In this document: positions 13,657 through 23,215 of the stretch, in pieces | Position numbering within the stretch: the stretch's first letter is position 1 | How the letters are laid out: every line of letters begins with the position of its first letter | Assembly (NCBI GenBank): GCA_043812975.1 | Contig: JBDRLP010000019.1 | Location: forward strand, 1 to 23,215 | From: Candidatus Iainarchaeum sp. | Lineage (GTDB): Archaea > Iainarchaeota > Iainarchaeia > Iainarchaeales > Iainarchaeaceae | DNA length: 23,215 nucleotides | Reading direction: 5' to 3' | Translations under genes and position numbers: made by a program | Notes under the pieces: generated by a model | Databases searched by the model: none | What the model was told of the DNA's origin: nothing | What the model saw: only the letters and a program-made list of their open reading frames with translations

Positions 13657-14871
13657 ATGATTTCAGAAAAAATTCGCGAAGATTTTCCAGTTCTGCAGAA
13701 TAACAAAGGACTTGTTTACTTTGATAATGCAGCAACATCTTTGAAACCGATTCAGGTTATTGAAGCAGTGAACCATTATTACAAAAACCTAGGGGCCAAT
13801 GTTCACAGAGGAAACCACCATCTCTCTCAGCAGACCACGCAGCTTTATGAAGAATCAAGAAAAGAAGTTGCAAAATTCATCGGTGCAAAGGAAGAAGAAT
13901 TAGCTTTCACAAGAAATGCAACCGAAAGCATTAATGCGATTTGTGTTGGATTGGAAAGGCAAGGTTATTTTTCAAAAGGAGATGAAATAATTATTTCTGC
14001 TCTGGAACACCACGCAAACATTGTGCCTTGGCAGGAACTCTGTAAAAGAACAGGAGCTGTTCTGAAAATTGCAGAACTTAATGATGATTTTACGATTAAT
14101 ATGCAGGATTTAGAAGAAAAAGTAACTGGAAAAACAAAACTTGTTTCAGTAGCACACGCTTCTAATACGGTTGCAACTATTTTGCCAGTAAAAGAAATCG
14201 GGAAAATTGCTCATGATAATGGTGCTTTATTTTTGGTTGATGCAGCACAGAGCGTTCCGCATTTTGATGTGAACGCAAAAAAGATTGATGCTGATTTTTT
14301 GGCAATAAGTTCTCATAAAATGTTAGGTCCAACAGGGGTCGGAGCTTTATATGGAAAAAAAGATTTATTAGAGAAAATGCCTCCGTATAATTACGGTGGA
14401 AGCATGATTAGCAAAGTTTCTTACGAAAAAACTGAGTGGGCTCCTTTGCCTGAAAAGTTTGAAGCAGGCACAATGCCAATCGCAGAAGTAATTGGTTTTG
14501 GCGAAGCTGTTAAGTACTTGAAAAAAATTGGAATGGAAAATGTTCACAATCATGAAAAGAAATTACTCTCACATGCTCTGAAAAAAATGCAGGAAATTGA
14601 GAGAATAAAACTATTCTGTCCGCAGGATGTAGAAAAACAAGGAGGCATCATTTTATTTGAGGTTAAGGGAATTGATGCTGTTGATTTGGGAGTAGCCCTT
14701 GATGAGAGTAAAAACATAGCAACCAGAAGCGGAATGCACTGCGCAGAACCAATAGTGAGCAGCTTAAATCCTAAAGGTTTAGGTAGAGCTAGCTTTTATT
14801 TGTATAATACTATTGATGAAATCGATACATTTGTTGATGAGGTCACCGCCATCTCACATGCATTCAAGTAA
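13657..14871 (+). CDS. sufS: Cysteine desulfurase, SufS (group II) type
   Basis: YFDNAATS, NVHRG, LEHHANIVPW, DAAQS, PLP lysine in SSHKMLGPTG, FEAGT, catalytic Cys in RSGMHCA, RASFYLYNT. Confidence 0.93.
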   Translation: MISEKIREDFPVLQNNKGLVYFDNAATSLKPIQVIEAVNHYYKNLGANVHRGNHHLSQQTTQLYEESRKEVAKFIGAKEEELAFTRNATESINAICVGLERQGYFSKGDEIIISALEHHANIVPWQELCKRTGAVLKIAELNDDFTINMQDLEEKVTGKTKLVSVAHASNTVATILPVKEIGKIAHDNGALFLVDAAQSVPHFDVNAKKIDADFLAISSHKMLGPTGVGALYGKKDLLEKMPPYNYGGSMISKVSYEKTEWAPLPEKFEAGTMPIAEVIGFGEAVKYLKKIGMENVHNHEKKLLSHALKKMQEIERIKLFCPQDVEKQGGIILFEVKGIDAVDLGVALDESKNIATRSGMHCAEPIVSSLNPKGLGRASFYLYNTIDEIDTFVDEVTAISHAFK

Positions 14872-14929
14872 AACGCATTCAAGCATAAAAATTCTTTATT
14901 CAAGTAAAGTTGAAGCGAGCAAAAACGCC

Positions 14930-14948
14930 GAGAAACCTTTTTAAATAA
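14930..14948 (+). promoter_or_regulatory. Promoter of the A-type ATP synthase operon
   Basis: gagaaacc-TTTTTAAATA BRE/TATA; GGTGA RBS at 15003-15007 before the first gene. Confidence 0.6.
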
Positions 14949-15011
14949 TTCTTAAGAGCAGTTCTTTATAACAGGAAAAATAAGAAAAGTCCTAGCAAAT
15001 TTGGTGAGTAA

Positions 15012-15335
15012 ATGGCTAAGAATGATTTGAAAATATTAACTGAATTGAAACAATTCGAACAAAAAAACATAAAAAATTTGGAAAAAGCTCAGAAGGAATC
15101 TGAGAAAAAAATCTTATCAGCACAAAAAGAAGCTGAAGAAAAAATCAAGAAAGCCAGAGAAGATTCTGAAAAACTTATTAGTGAAGAAGTTAAAGAAGCT
15201 GAGAAAAAAGCTAAAGCTGAATCAGCAGCTTCATTCACAGAATACAGACAGCTCGAAGAGAAACACAAATCTTATTTTTCTAAGAACAAATCAAAAGCTG
15301 TTGACGCGGTTTTCGAAGAACTGCTAAAAGGATGA
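15012..15335 (+). CDS. atpH: A/V-type ATP synthase subunit H (peripheral stalk)
   Basis: 107-aa E/K/A-rich coiled coil in the first position of the operon, before subunit I. Confidence 0.85.
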   Translation: MAKNDLKILTELKQFEQKNIKNLEKAQKESEKKILSAQKEAEEKIKKAREDSEKLISEEVKEAEKKAKAESAASFTEYRQLEEKHKSYFSKNKSKAVDAVFEELLKG

Positions 15336-15341
15336 AAAAAA

Positions 15342-17285
15342 ATGTTTAGAAGTGCAACAATATTTCACGCAAAAGCAATTGTGCCAAAAAGCAAAGCAAA
15401 CGAACTCATTCTAAAATTACACGAAACCGGCATAAGTGAACTTAAAAAGACTGATACAGAACATAAAGAGGAATTTATAATCAAGGAAGAAGAATCTCTT
15501 AACACATCAAATGTCAGAGAAACACAAGCTAAGCTTAATGATTTACTTACAAAAATTGATTCTTACAGGGAAATTGTGACAGCAGATAATATGTTGAAGC
15601 AATTATTTTTCCCAAGTCCGCCAGAAAAATACAAAATTGACTTGTTATCAAATGAAGAAATTGTGAATGAGGTTAATGAAAATCTTGAAAAAATAAAACC
15701 AAAAATAGACGCAAAACTTTTAGAATTAGATGAAACCAAAAGCAAAATTGATAACAATAATTATTTGATTTCAAATTTAGGATTGCTTCCGGAACAACAG
15801 ACTAATCTTTTTGAATCAACAGAAAATCTTAGTGTTCAGATTGGAATAATTAACCCAAAATCAATTGAGTTGTTTAAAGAAAAATTAAAGAAAACAGTTG
15901 TTTCAGTAAAGGAAAAAAATGAAACACAGGCTTTTGTGTATGTTGTTTCAAGCACAGAAAATAAAGGAGAAACAGATAAAGTACTGCACGAAGTTGGTTT
16001 TGAAAGTATTAAAGTTCCTTTTGAGAATAAAGCACCAAAAAAAATTATTGAAAACTTAAAAAAAGAAAACAAAACTCTTGAAGCAAAAACCAAAACAATT
16101 GAGCAGGAAGTTAAGGAAATCACAAGAACCAATGCAAAAAGACTTGATATTTTAACAGAAGAACTTGATATAGCAATCCAGAGGATTGATGCATACAACC
16201 AGATACAAGATTTTGGATCAACAGCAATAATCGAAGCATGGGTTCCTGAAAAAAACTTTTCTGAATTCAAAGAAGTGCTTAAGGAAAAAGCAGGGAATTT
16301 TTATTTAATGAGCAAAGAAAGAGAAGATGCTCCAACACTCTTTAACCACTCCAAACTCATTGAACCGTTTGAAATTATTACTGAACTTTACTCAGTGCCA
16401 AAATACAAAGAATTTGATCCAACGCCGATAGTGGCTATTTCGTTTGCAGTGTTTTTTGGATATATGCTGACAGACTTTGTATACGGAGTAGTGTTATTTT
16501 TATTAGCATTTTTCATGTACAATGGATTAGGTAAATACGAACCAGGATTAAGGAAATTCTCGGCTTTACTGATGATTGGAGGTATTTCAACGGCTTTACT
16601 AGGAGCATTTTTCAAATCTTATTTAGGGGACTTTTTCCCCAGAATAGGCATTGAATTGCCGGGGGTGCTGGACCCTTTAGCACAAGTTTTGGAAATTATT
16701 ATTTTATCACTCGCAATTGCATCAGTGCATCTATTCATTGGATTAGTAATTGGTTATTATGAAAATGCACGAAAAGGAAAAATGATAGATGCATTAGGAT
16801 TGCAGGGAGTATGGTTGTTCTTATTAATTGGTGGAATTTCTGTTTTAATTGGTGAAGGCATATTCCAAATGATTGGATTTGCACTGGTTGGATTAGCAGT
16901 AATAACCCAACTTGCTTACAACTACATTCAAAACGGACCGATTATTTCAGTTCTTTCAATTTTCAATATTTCAGGATTCTTAGGAGATGTTTTTTCTTAT
17001 GCAAGGCTAACAGCATTAGCAATTGGCACTGCCGGAATCGCGTTGGCAGTGAACTTCATGGCCTTAATGGTTGTAGACATGGTACCAGTTGTGGGAATTG
17101 TCTTTGGAGCAATGATCTTCATAGGCGGCCACATCTTTAACATGGTCATGAACGGAATGGGTGCATTCATACATGCACTCAGATTACACTTCCTTGAGTT
17201 TTTCTCCAAGTTTTATGACGGAGGAGGAAAACTTTACAAGCCATTTTACGCTTTAAGGAAAAAAAACTATACGGAGGGAAAATAA
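15342..17285 (+). CDS. atpI: A/V-type ATP synthase subunit I (a)
   Basis: AWVP, DAPT, YSVPKYKEFDPT, FFGYMLTD..YG, essential Arg in DVFSYARL, HALRLHFLEFFSKFY.GGG. Confidence 0.97.
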   Translation: MFRSATIFHAKAIVPKSKANELILKLHETGISELKKTDTEHKEEFIIKEEESLNTSNVRETQAKLNDLLTKIDSYREIVTADNMLKQLFFPSPPEKYKIDLLSNEEIVNEVNENLEKIKPKIDAKLLELDETKSKIDNNNYLISNLGLLPEQQTNLFESTENLSVQIGIINPKSIELFKEKLKKTVVSVKEKNETQAFVYVVSSTENKGETDKVLHEVGFESIKVPFENKAPKKIIENLKKENKTLEAKTKTIEQEVKEITRTNAKRLDILTEELDIAIQRIDAYNQIQDFGSTAIIEAWVPEKNFSEFKEVLKEKAGNFYLMSKEREDAPTLFNHSKLIEPFEIITELYSVPKYKEFDPTPIVAISFAVFFGYMLTDFVYGVVLFLLAFFMYNGLGKYEPGLRKFSALLMIGGISTALLGAFFKSYLGDFFPRIGIELPGVLDPLAQVLEIIILSLAIASVHLFIGLVIGYYENARKGKMIDALGLQGVWLFLLIGGISVLIGEGIFQMIGFALVGLAVITQLAYNYIQNGPIISVLSIFNISGFLGDVFSYARLTALAIGTAGIALAVNFMALMVVDMVPVVGIVFGAMIFIGGHIFNMVMNGMGAFIHALRLHFLEFFSKFYDGGGKLYKPFYALRKKNYTEGK

Positions 17286-17771
17286 ATGGTCGTTGTGACA
17301 ATGGGAACAGCATTCGCAGTAGGCGGAGCAGCCTTGGCACTCGCAGGTACAGGAATAGCAACAGCTATTGGTGTAGGTGCGGCAGGTGTAGCAGCTGCAG
17401 GAGCAGTCGCTGAAGATAAAGAAAACTTCAAAAACGCTCTTGTATTCCAGGCATTGCCTCAGACACAAACCATCTACGGCTTCATCACCGCATTATTCAT
17501 AATAATGGGTGCTGGATTACTAGGAACTGCTACAGAATTAAGCACAGAAGCAGGACTTGTAATGCTAGGAGCAGGTTTGTTAGTGGCTTTGACAGGAATT
17601 TCAGCAATATTCCAAGGACAAGTTTCAGCTGCAGGAATAGCTGCGTCCTCAAAGAACCAAGACGCATTTGTTCCGGGAATAGTATTCTCAGGACAGGTAG
17701 AAACACCAGCTATATTCGGTTTTATCGCCGCACTAATAGTATTAGTAGTTGGATTAGGAGTCTTGGGTTAA
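17286..17771 (+). CDS. atpK: A/V-type ATP synthase subunit K (c), four-TM duplicated form with Na+-binding signature
   Basis: 161 aa, two helical hairpins; LPQTQTIYG, SAIFQG, QVETPAIFG. Confidence 0.96.
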   Translation: MVVVTMGTAFAVGGAALALAGTGIATAIGVGAAGVAAAGAVAEDKENFKNALVFQALPQTQTIYGFITALFIIMGAGLLGTATELSTEAGLVMLGAGLLVALTGISAIFQGQVSAAGIAASSKNQDAFVPGIVFSGQVETPAIFGFIAALIVLVVGLGVLG

Positions 17772-17793
17772 AACCCCTTGACCCTTAACCCAA
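17763..17793 (+). other. Stem-loop at the end of atpK (ttgggttaa ... ttaacccaa)
   Basis: Perfect 9-bp inverted repeat 17763-17771/17785-17793 at the longest intergenic gap of the operon. Confidence 0.6.
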
Positions 17794-17812
17794 ATTAAGG
17801 AGAGTGAAATAA

Positions 17813-18361
17813 ATGCAAGTGTATGGAGATATACAAGGATTAAAACAAGAGATTGAGTCAAAGTACGACAAACAGGCTAAAGAAGCTGAGTTCGAGGCCG
17901 GCAAGCAGATAAAAAAAATTAATGAAGCTGCTGAAAAAGAAATAGAATTGATTAAAGAACAGGCCAAAACTGAAGCTGAATCAGCTGCAAGAGAAGCAAT
18001 GCAAAGAGTACTTAACGAAGAAAAATTAAAAGCAAAAAAAGAATTTGAAAGTAAAAGAGAAGAACTAATTCAAGAAGTAATGAAAGAAGTTCAAAAACAA
18101 GCAACTAAGATTTCAAAAAGCAAAGAGTATTTAGAATTTTTGAAAAAGAATTCCCCGAAGGATAAAGATAAAGGAACTCAGGTTTTTGGAAGCGAAGCTG
18201 CATACAAAAAAATATTTTCAAAAATGAAACCAGATAAAGAAATAACAGGAGTAAAAATAATTGCAACAGATGCAGTGTACGATTTTACACTGGACAACAT
18301 GATCAGAGCAAACGAAGAACTTGTCAGGAGAACAATCACAGATAAATTATTCACGGAGTAA
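17813..18361 (+). CDS. atpE: A/V-type ATP synthase subunit E
   Basis: Charged N-terminal coiled coil, C-terminal ITGVKI...YDFTLD...LF, position between K and C, GGAG RBS. Confidence 0.88.
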   Translation: MQVYGDIQGLKQEIESKYDKQAKEAEFEAGKQIKKINEAAEKEIELIKEQAKTEAESAAREAMQRVLNEEKLKAKKEFESKREELIQEVMKEVQKQATKISKSKEYLEFLKKNSPKDKDKGTQVFGSEAAYKKIFSKMKPDKEITGVKIIATDAVYDFTLDNMIRANEELVRRTITDKLFTE

Positions 18362-18367
18362 ATAAAC

Positions 18368-19468
18368 ATGGCTTTAGAAACACTTGGAATTCTGGGATTA
18401 AGTGCAGGGGGTTTAGCAGCAGTGCTAGGAATTACTTACATGAGAGTAGCTCCAATAATACCATTCCTGTACTCAAACGCAAGAATAAACGCAAGGGCTA
18501 ATTACATGCTTTCAGGAACCAAAATAGATTCTCTGGCTGAATCCAAAACAACAGGAGAAATGGTTAATTCTATGACTGACAGTGACTATGCTCAATACAT
18601 TGAAAGCACAGAAGACATATGGGAATTGCACGCTTCGATAGAGAAAGGTTTTTTAGAATCAATAAAAGAATTACAAAAAAGTTCTCCCGAGCAAATCCAC
18701 GGAATCTTTAATTCTTACATGGGTTTCTGGGAAGCAAAAATAATCAAAACTTTTTACAGACAAAGGTTTACTCAAAAAGATTTTGAACAAATAGATAAAA
18801 CAATTGTTTTTCCAGTAGGAACATTAACAGTTGACAAAATCAAAAGACTGAATGAAACAAAAACAATAGCAGACATGAAAGTTGTATTAGGGACAACGGT
18901 TTATTCAAAAGCGTTTGATAAAGAATATGATTCTTTGGAAGAATTTGAAATTGCAATTGATAATATTGTGTTTGATGAATTTGTAAAATCGGTGCAGGAA
19001 GCAAAAATTGCTGATAAAAATGTAATCATTAATTTGTTTAATACTAAATTTGATATTCTGAACTTACTTGTTTTGCTTAAGTGCGAAGCAAGGGATATTG
19101 ATGAGGATAAGAGAAAAAGATTGTTGATTCAAAACAATTCAGCATTATTTGGAAGAGTTGATGATCTTGTTTATGCAAAAGATGTAGCTGATTTAGTTGA
19201 AAAAACTAAAGGTTTGCCTTATTACAAAGTGCTTGAAGAAGCATTGGAAATTTATAATAAAGATAAGAGTTTAAGCAATTTTGAAAAGGGCCTTTTGAAA
19301 TACTACAAAAATCTGGTTGAAAGCCAAGAGTTAGCACACTTTCAGGGGCCATTTCCATTGATTGCTTATTTAGTGAAAAAAGAACTTGAGCAAAGAAACC
19401 TTTTGGTGATTAGTAAAGGAATAGAAGCTGGTTTCACAAGTTCTGAAATAAAGGAGCTGATAGTGTGA
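18368..19468 (+). CDS. atpC: A/V-type ATP synthase subunit C (d)
   Basis: FLYSNARINAR, DILNLLVLLK, YLVKKELEQRNL; operon position. Confidence 0.92.
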   Translation: MALETLGILGLSAGGLAAVLGITYMRVAPIIPFLYSNARINARANYMLSGTKIDSLAESKTTGEMVNSMTDSDYAQYIESTEDIWELHASIEKGFLESIKELQKSSPEQIHGIFNSYMGFWEAKIIKTFYRQRFTQKDFEQIDKTIVFPVGTLTVDKIKRLNETKTIADMKVVLGTTVYSKAFDKEYDSLEEFEIAIDNIVFDEFVKSVQEAKIADKNVIINLFNTKFDILNLLVLLKCEARDIDEDKRKRLLIQNNSALFGRVDDLVYAKDVADLVEKTKGLPYYKVLEEALEIYNKDKSLSNFEKGLLKYYKNLVESQELAHFQGPFPLIAYLVKKELEQRNLLVISKGIEAGFTSSEIKELIV

Positions 19469-19743
19469 TTGTATTAGGAAATCCTGAGTTTGCATTAGGA
19501 ATGAAACTTGCAGGAGTAAAAGATAGTTTTGCAATTAAAAAAAGAGAACAAGGCCTTGAGATTGTAAAAGGTTTGAACAAAGATGAATTCATTATAGCTA
19601 ACAACAGCATTGCTGAATTAATCCCAGAACTCAAAGAAATGGCGAACGTGGTCACAGTGCCGGATTCTGCCGAGGGTTTTGGTTCTATTGATGACTTAAA
19701 AGACATCATTAAATCTGTCGTAGGAATTGAATTGGAGGTATAA
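19465..19743 (+). CDS. atpF: A/V-type ATP synthase subunit F
   Basis: GTG start overlapping the atpC stop (GTGA); IVLGNPEFALGMKLAGV and IKSVVGI. Confidence 0.92.
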   Translation: MIVLGNPEFALGMKLAGVKDSFAIKKREQGLEIVKGLNKDEFIIANNSIAELIPELKEMANVVTVPDSAEGFGSIDDLKDIIKSVVGIELEV

Positions 19744-19746
19744 AAA

Positions 19747-21528
19747 ATGGTCAAAGAGATAATAACAGGGAAGATATCAAAAATATCAGGGCCGGTTGTA
19801 ATAGCAAGCGGAATGAAAGGAGCAAGGATGTATGACATTGTAAGTGTTGGTACAGAAGAACTGCTTGGAGAAATAATCCAGCTCAGAGGAGAAAATGCAG
19901 TTATACAGGTTTATGAGGAAACCGCTGGAGTAAAACCAGGAGAAAAGGTTGTTTCATCAGGAGCACCATTGAAACTTGAACTTGGCCCGGGTTTGTTAAC
20001 CTCAATCTACGACGGAATTGGAAGACCATTGAAAGATATAGCAGCACAGTCCGGAGACTTTATTGCTAGAGGAATCCAGGCTGATACTCTTGACCACAAA
20101 AAGAAATACGATTTCAAACCTACGGCAAAAAAAGGAACAAAAGTAAAAGAAGGCACCATAATCGGAACAACAAAAGAAACAGGATTAATTGAACACAAAA
20201 TAATGGTTCCAAATGGAATTGAAGGAGAAATAATTTCAATTTCAGCAGGAAACTATACAATTGATGACACTGTCGCAACAGTGAAAACCAAAAAAGGAAA
20301 AGTAAACTTAACAATGAAACAGGAATGGCCAGTGAGAGTTCCAAGGCCTTTCTTAAAAAAACTTGCACCACAAGTGCCGTTGATTACAGGACAGAGAGTA
20401 TTCGATACTTTCTTTACTTTAACAAAAGGAGGAACAGGAGCAATCCCAGGTCCTTTCGGAGCTGGAAAAACTGTTTCACAACAGCAATTAGCAAAGTGGT
20501 CAGATGCTGAGGTAATTGTTTACATTGGATGCGGAGAAAGAGGAAACGAAATGACAGAAGTACTAAACGAGTTTCCTGAATTAAAGGATCCAAAATCAGG
20601 AAAGCCTCTGATGGAAAGAACCATTATGATTGCTAACACATCCAACATGCCGGTTGCAGCAAGAGAAGCTTCTGTTTATGCAGGAGTAACAATTGCTGAA
20701 TACTACCGAGACATGGGTTACAATGTTGCATTGATGGCTGACTCAACTTCTCGTTGGGCAGAGGCAATGAGAGAAATTGGTGCTCGTTTGGAAGAAATGC
20801 CTGGAGAAGAAGGATACCCAGCATACCTTGCTTCAAGACTTGCTCAGTTCTATGAACGAGCAGGAAGAGTAAATGCATTAAGTGAAACTACAGGTTCAGT
20901 AACAATAATCGGAGCTGTAAGTCCGCCAGGAGGAGACTTCTCAGAACCTGTTACACAGAATACTTTGAGAACAACCAAAGCATTTTGGGCATTAGATGCA
21001 TCTCTTGCATACAAGAGACACTTCCCATCAATCAACTGGTTAACCTCATACACGCTTTACAAAGACACAGTAGCAGATTATTTCAACAAAGAAGTAGCAA
21101 AAGACTTCACAGAACTTAGAGATAAGGCAATGAGGCTATTGCAGAAAGAATCCGAATTACAGGAAATTGTTCAACTTGTTGGACCGGATGCACTTCCGGA
21201 AGAAGAAAAAGCAATTTTGTTCTCAACAAAATCTATTAGAGAAGATTTCCTGCAACAAAATGCATTCCACGAAGTTGACTCATATTGTCCTTTGGAAAAG
21301 CAATATGCAATGCTCAAAACTATTTTGAGTTTCTACGATAAAGTAGTTGATGCAATTGGCAAAGGAGCTAAAGTCAACAAGATTTCAACTTTAGCAGTAA
21401 ATGAAAAAATTGCAAGAATGAAATACGAAAAAGATTTTGCAAAAGAATCTAAGGAAATTGAAAGTGATATTGACAAGGAGTTGGCTAAAGTAAGCAAGAA
21501 AGAAGTGGCAACAGAGGTGAAAGCATGA
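19747..21528 (+). CDS. atpA: A/V-type ATP synthase catalytic subunit A
   Basis: Walker [48 protein letters not shown]; no intein. Confidence 0.99.
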   Translation: MVKEIITGKISKISGPVVIASGMKGARMYDIVSVGTEELLGEIIQLRGENAVIQVYEETAGVKPGEKVVSSGAPLKLELGPGLLTSIYDGIGRPLKDIAAQSGDFIARGIQADTLDHKKKYDFKPTAKKGTKVKEGTIIGTTKETGLIEHKIMVPNGIEGEIISISAGNYTIDDTVATVKTKKGKVNLTMKQEWPVRVPRPFLKKLAPQVPLITGQRVFDTFFTLTKGGTGAIPGPFGAGKTVSQQQLAKWSDAEVIVYIGCGERGNEMTEVLNEFPELKDPKSGKPLMERTIMIANTSNMPVAAREASVYAGVTIAEYYRDMGYNVALMADSTSRWAEAMREIGARLEEMPGEEGYPAYLASRLAQFYERAGRVNALSETTGSVTIIGAVSPPGGDFSEPVTQNTLRTTKAFWALDASLAYKRHFPSINWLTSYTLYKDTVADYFNKEVAKDFTELRDKAMRLLQKESELQEIVQLVGPDALPEEEKAILFSTKSIREDFLQQNAFHEVDSYCPLEKQYAMLKTILSFYDKVVDAIGKGAKVNKISTLAVNEKIARMKYEKDFAKESKEIESDIDKELAKVSKKEVATEVKA

Positions 21529-22904
21529 TTAAAGAATACACATCAACAAGCTCTGTTACCGGGCCTTTAATGGTTATTGAAAAAGTAAAAGATGTAGCTT
21601 ACGCAGAATTAGTTGAAGTTACAATATCAAGCGGAGAAAAAAGATTAGGACAAGTGCTAGAAATAACTGATGACAAAGCAGTTGTGCAGTTGTTTGAAGG
21701 AACTTCCGGAATTGATACAAAAAATACTAAAACAAGATTTGTCGGAGAAACAATGAAAATCGGGGTTTCCAAAGAAATGCTTGGAAGAATTTTCAACGGA
21801 GTTGGAAAACCAATAGATGATGCTCCTCCAATAGTAGCTAAGAAAAGATTGGATATTAATGGACAGGCAATAAATCCTTACACAAGGGAAATGCCTGCAG
21901 ATTTTATTCAAACTGGAATTTCAACAATTGATTTGAACAACACTCTTGTTAGGGGTCAGAAGCTTCCGATTTTTTCAGGAGCGGGACTTCCACACAACCA
22001 GTTAGCTGCTCAGATTGCAAGGCAAGCTAGTGTTCTTGGAACAAAAGAAAGTTTTGCTGTTGTGTTTGTTGCAATGGGAATAACAAACGAAGAAGCACTA
22101 TTCTTTCAAGAAGAATTCAGAAGAACTGGTGCGTTTGAAAAAACAGTAATGTTTTTGAACCTTGCAAATGATCCTGCAATTGAAAGGATTATTACTCCAA
22201 GAATAGCACTAACAACAGCTGAGTACCTTGCTTACGAGCAGGACATGCACGTACTGGTAATAATGACTGATCTCACAAATTATTGTGAAGCTTTGAGGGA
22301 AATCTCAGCAGCAAGAAGTGAGGTTCCGGGAAGAAGAGGTTATCCAGGATACATGTACACAGACCTGGCTAACCTGTATGAAAGAGCTGGAAAAATAAAA
22401 GGAAGAAAAGGTTCAGTAACCCAGATTCCTATTATTTCAATGCCGGATGATGACATAACACACCCGATTCCAGACCTAACCGGATACATTACAGAAGGGC
22501 AATTCGTACAAAATAGAGGTTTACACCAACAGGGAATTTATCCTCCAGTTGATGTGCTTCCTTCACTTTCAAGGTTAATGAGTAAAGGAATTGGCTCTGG
22601 AAAAACAAGAGAAGATCATGCAAATGTTTCAGACCAGATTTATGCTGCCTACGCAAGAGGAAGAGAAATAAGAGATCTTGTAGCAGTAATAGGAGAAGAA
22701 TCATTGGATGACGTTGATAAAAAATATCTGAAGTTTGCGGATGAGTTTGAACAAAAATTCGTAAAGCAAGGGTATGATGAAAATCGATCTATTAAGAAAA
22801 CTCTTTCCTTGGCTTGGGATTTGTTAGCAATAATTCCTGAAGCAGAATTGAAGAGAATAAAAAAAGAGTTTATTGAGCAGTATCATCCTGCTCATAAAAA
22901 ATAA
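21525..22904 (+). CDS. atpB: A/V-type ATP synthase subunit B
   Basis: [58 protein letters not shown] overlap with atpA. Confidence 0.99.
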   Translation: MIKEYTSTSSVTGPLMVIEKVKDVAYAELVEVTISSGEKRLGQVLEITDDKAVVQLFEGTSGIDTKNTKTRFVGETMKIGVSKEMLGRIFNGVGKPIDDAPPIVAKKRLDINGQAINPYTREMPADFIQTGISTIDLNNTLVRGQKLPIFSGAGLPHNQLAAQIARQASVLGTKESFAVVFVAMGITNEEALFFQEEFRRTGAFEKTVMFLNLANDPAIERIITPRIALTTAEYLAYEQDMHVLVIMTDLTNYCEALREISAARSEVPGRRGYPGYMYTDLANLYERAGKIKGRKGSVTQIPIISMPDDDITHPIPDLTGYITEGQFVQNRGLHQQGIYPPVDVLPSLSRLMSKGIGSGKTREDHANVSDQIYAAYARGREIRDLVAVIGEESLDDVDKKYLKFADEFEQKFVKQGYDENRSIKKTLSLAWDLLAIIPEAELKRIKKEFIEQYHPAHKK

Positions 22905-22921
22905 TTTTAAGGGTTTTAAAA

Positions 22922-23215
22922 ATGGCAAAGCAAATAAAAGCAACAAGAATGGAATTGCTCCTGCTTAAAAAGAAGCTTAAATTAGCTAATAAAGGACACA
23001 AGCTTCTCAAAGAAAAAAGAGATGCTCTTGTGGGAGAATTTTTCAAAGCTCTTAAAGAAATTAAGGTGCTTCGTAAGGAAATTGGTTCCAATTTGGTTGA
23101 TGCTCAAAAAGCTTTGCACAAAGCTCAGGCTATTCAGGGAGAAATTGATGTTGAAAGATTCGCAATGGGTGTTTCTTCCGGAGTGAATGTGGATTTTTCT
23201 ACACGAAAAGTAATG
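22922..23215 (+). CDS. atpD: A/V-type ATP synthase subunit D, N-terminal part (truncated by the window edge)
   Basis: Hand translation MAKQIKATRMELLLLKKKLKLANKGHKLLKEKRDALVGEFF matches the (P)TRMEL...GHKLLK.KRD.L signature; follows atpB. Confidence 0.95.
   Translation, partial: MAKQIKATRMELLLLKKKLKLANKGHKLLKEKRDALVGEFFKALKEIKVLRKEIGSNLVDAQKALHKAQAIQGEIDVERFAMGVSSGVNVDFSTRKVM

Noticed and set aside
13657..14871. sufS without neighbouring sufBCD/sufU as a novel sulfur system linked to the GCS2 ligase
   Set aside because: Stand-alone cysteine desulfurases are common, partners may be encoded elsewhere, and four unrelated genes separate it from the ligase pair.
19747..21528. Intein in ATPase subunit A
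   Set aside because: Normal length (593 aa) and continuous sequence through the Walker A region where such inteins insert.
556..23091. Short alternative-frame and antisense ORFs in the track (e.g. 556-753, 1993-2277, 9972-10205, 10650-10865, 11966-12268, 15836-16270, 19434-19838, 22870-23091)
   Set aside because: They lie mostly or entirely within well-supported genes, lack promoters, RBSs or recognisable motifs, and show the composition expected of shadow ORFs.

Overview
AT-rich archaeal chromosomal segment. BRE/TATA promoters, mostly leaderless first genes, GGTGA/GGAG RBSs inside operons and an A-type ATPase indicate an archaeon; a DPANN-like lineage such as Diapherotrites/Iainarchaeota is my inference only. 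Genes include several hypothetical and membrane proteins, prs, pyrG, a two-gene operon of a glutamate-cysteine-ligase-family (GCS2) enzyme and a divergent RimK-like ATP-grasp ligase, a UPF0316 protein, a TraB-family protein, a CDP-alcohol phosphatidyltransferase, a SufS-type cysteine desulfurase and the atpHIKECFAB(D) operon, whose c subunit has a Na+-type signature. Most notable unannotated signals: (1) the last 14 codons plus stop of traB are duplicated 80 bp apart, with a 23-nt identical core followed by fully synonymous recoding, flanking a 35-nt palindromic spacer, which looks like the att-site scar of an element that integrates into traB; (2) a separately promoted, structured, possibly pseudoknotted RNA carrying an 11-codon ORF at about 2856-2970; (3) a 36-aa zinc-finger microprotein with a strong RBS at 4341-4451; (4) a frameshifted single-TM micro-ORF at 5803-5891; (5) the GCS2 + ATP-grasp pair as a candidate new gamma-glutamyl-peptide pathway. 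No rRNA, tRNA, CRISPR array, transposase or integrase was seen.
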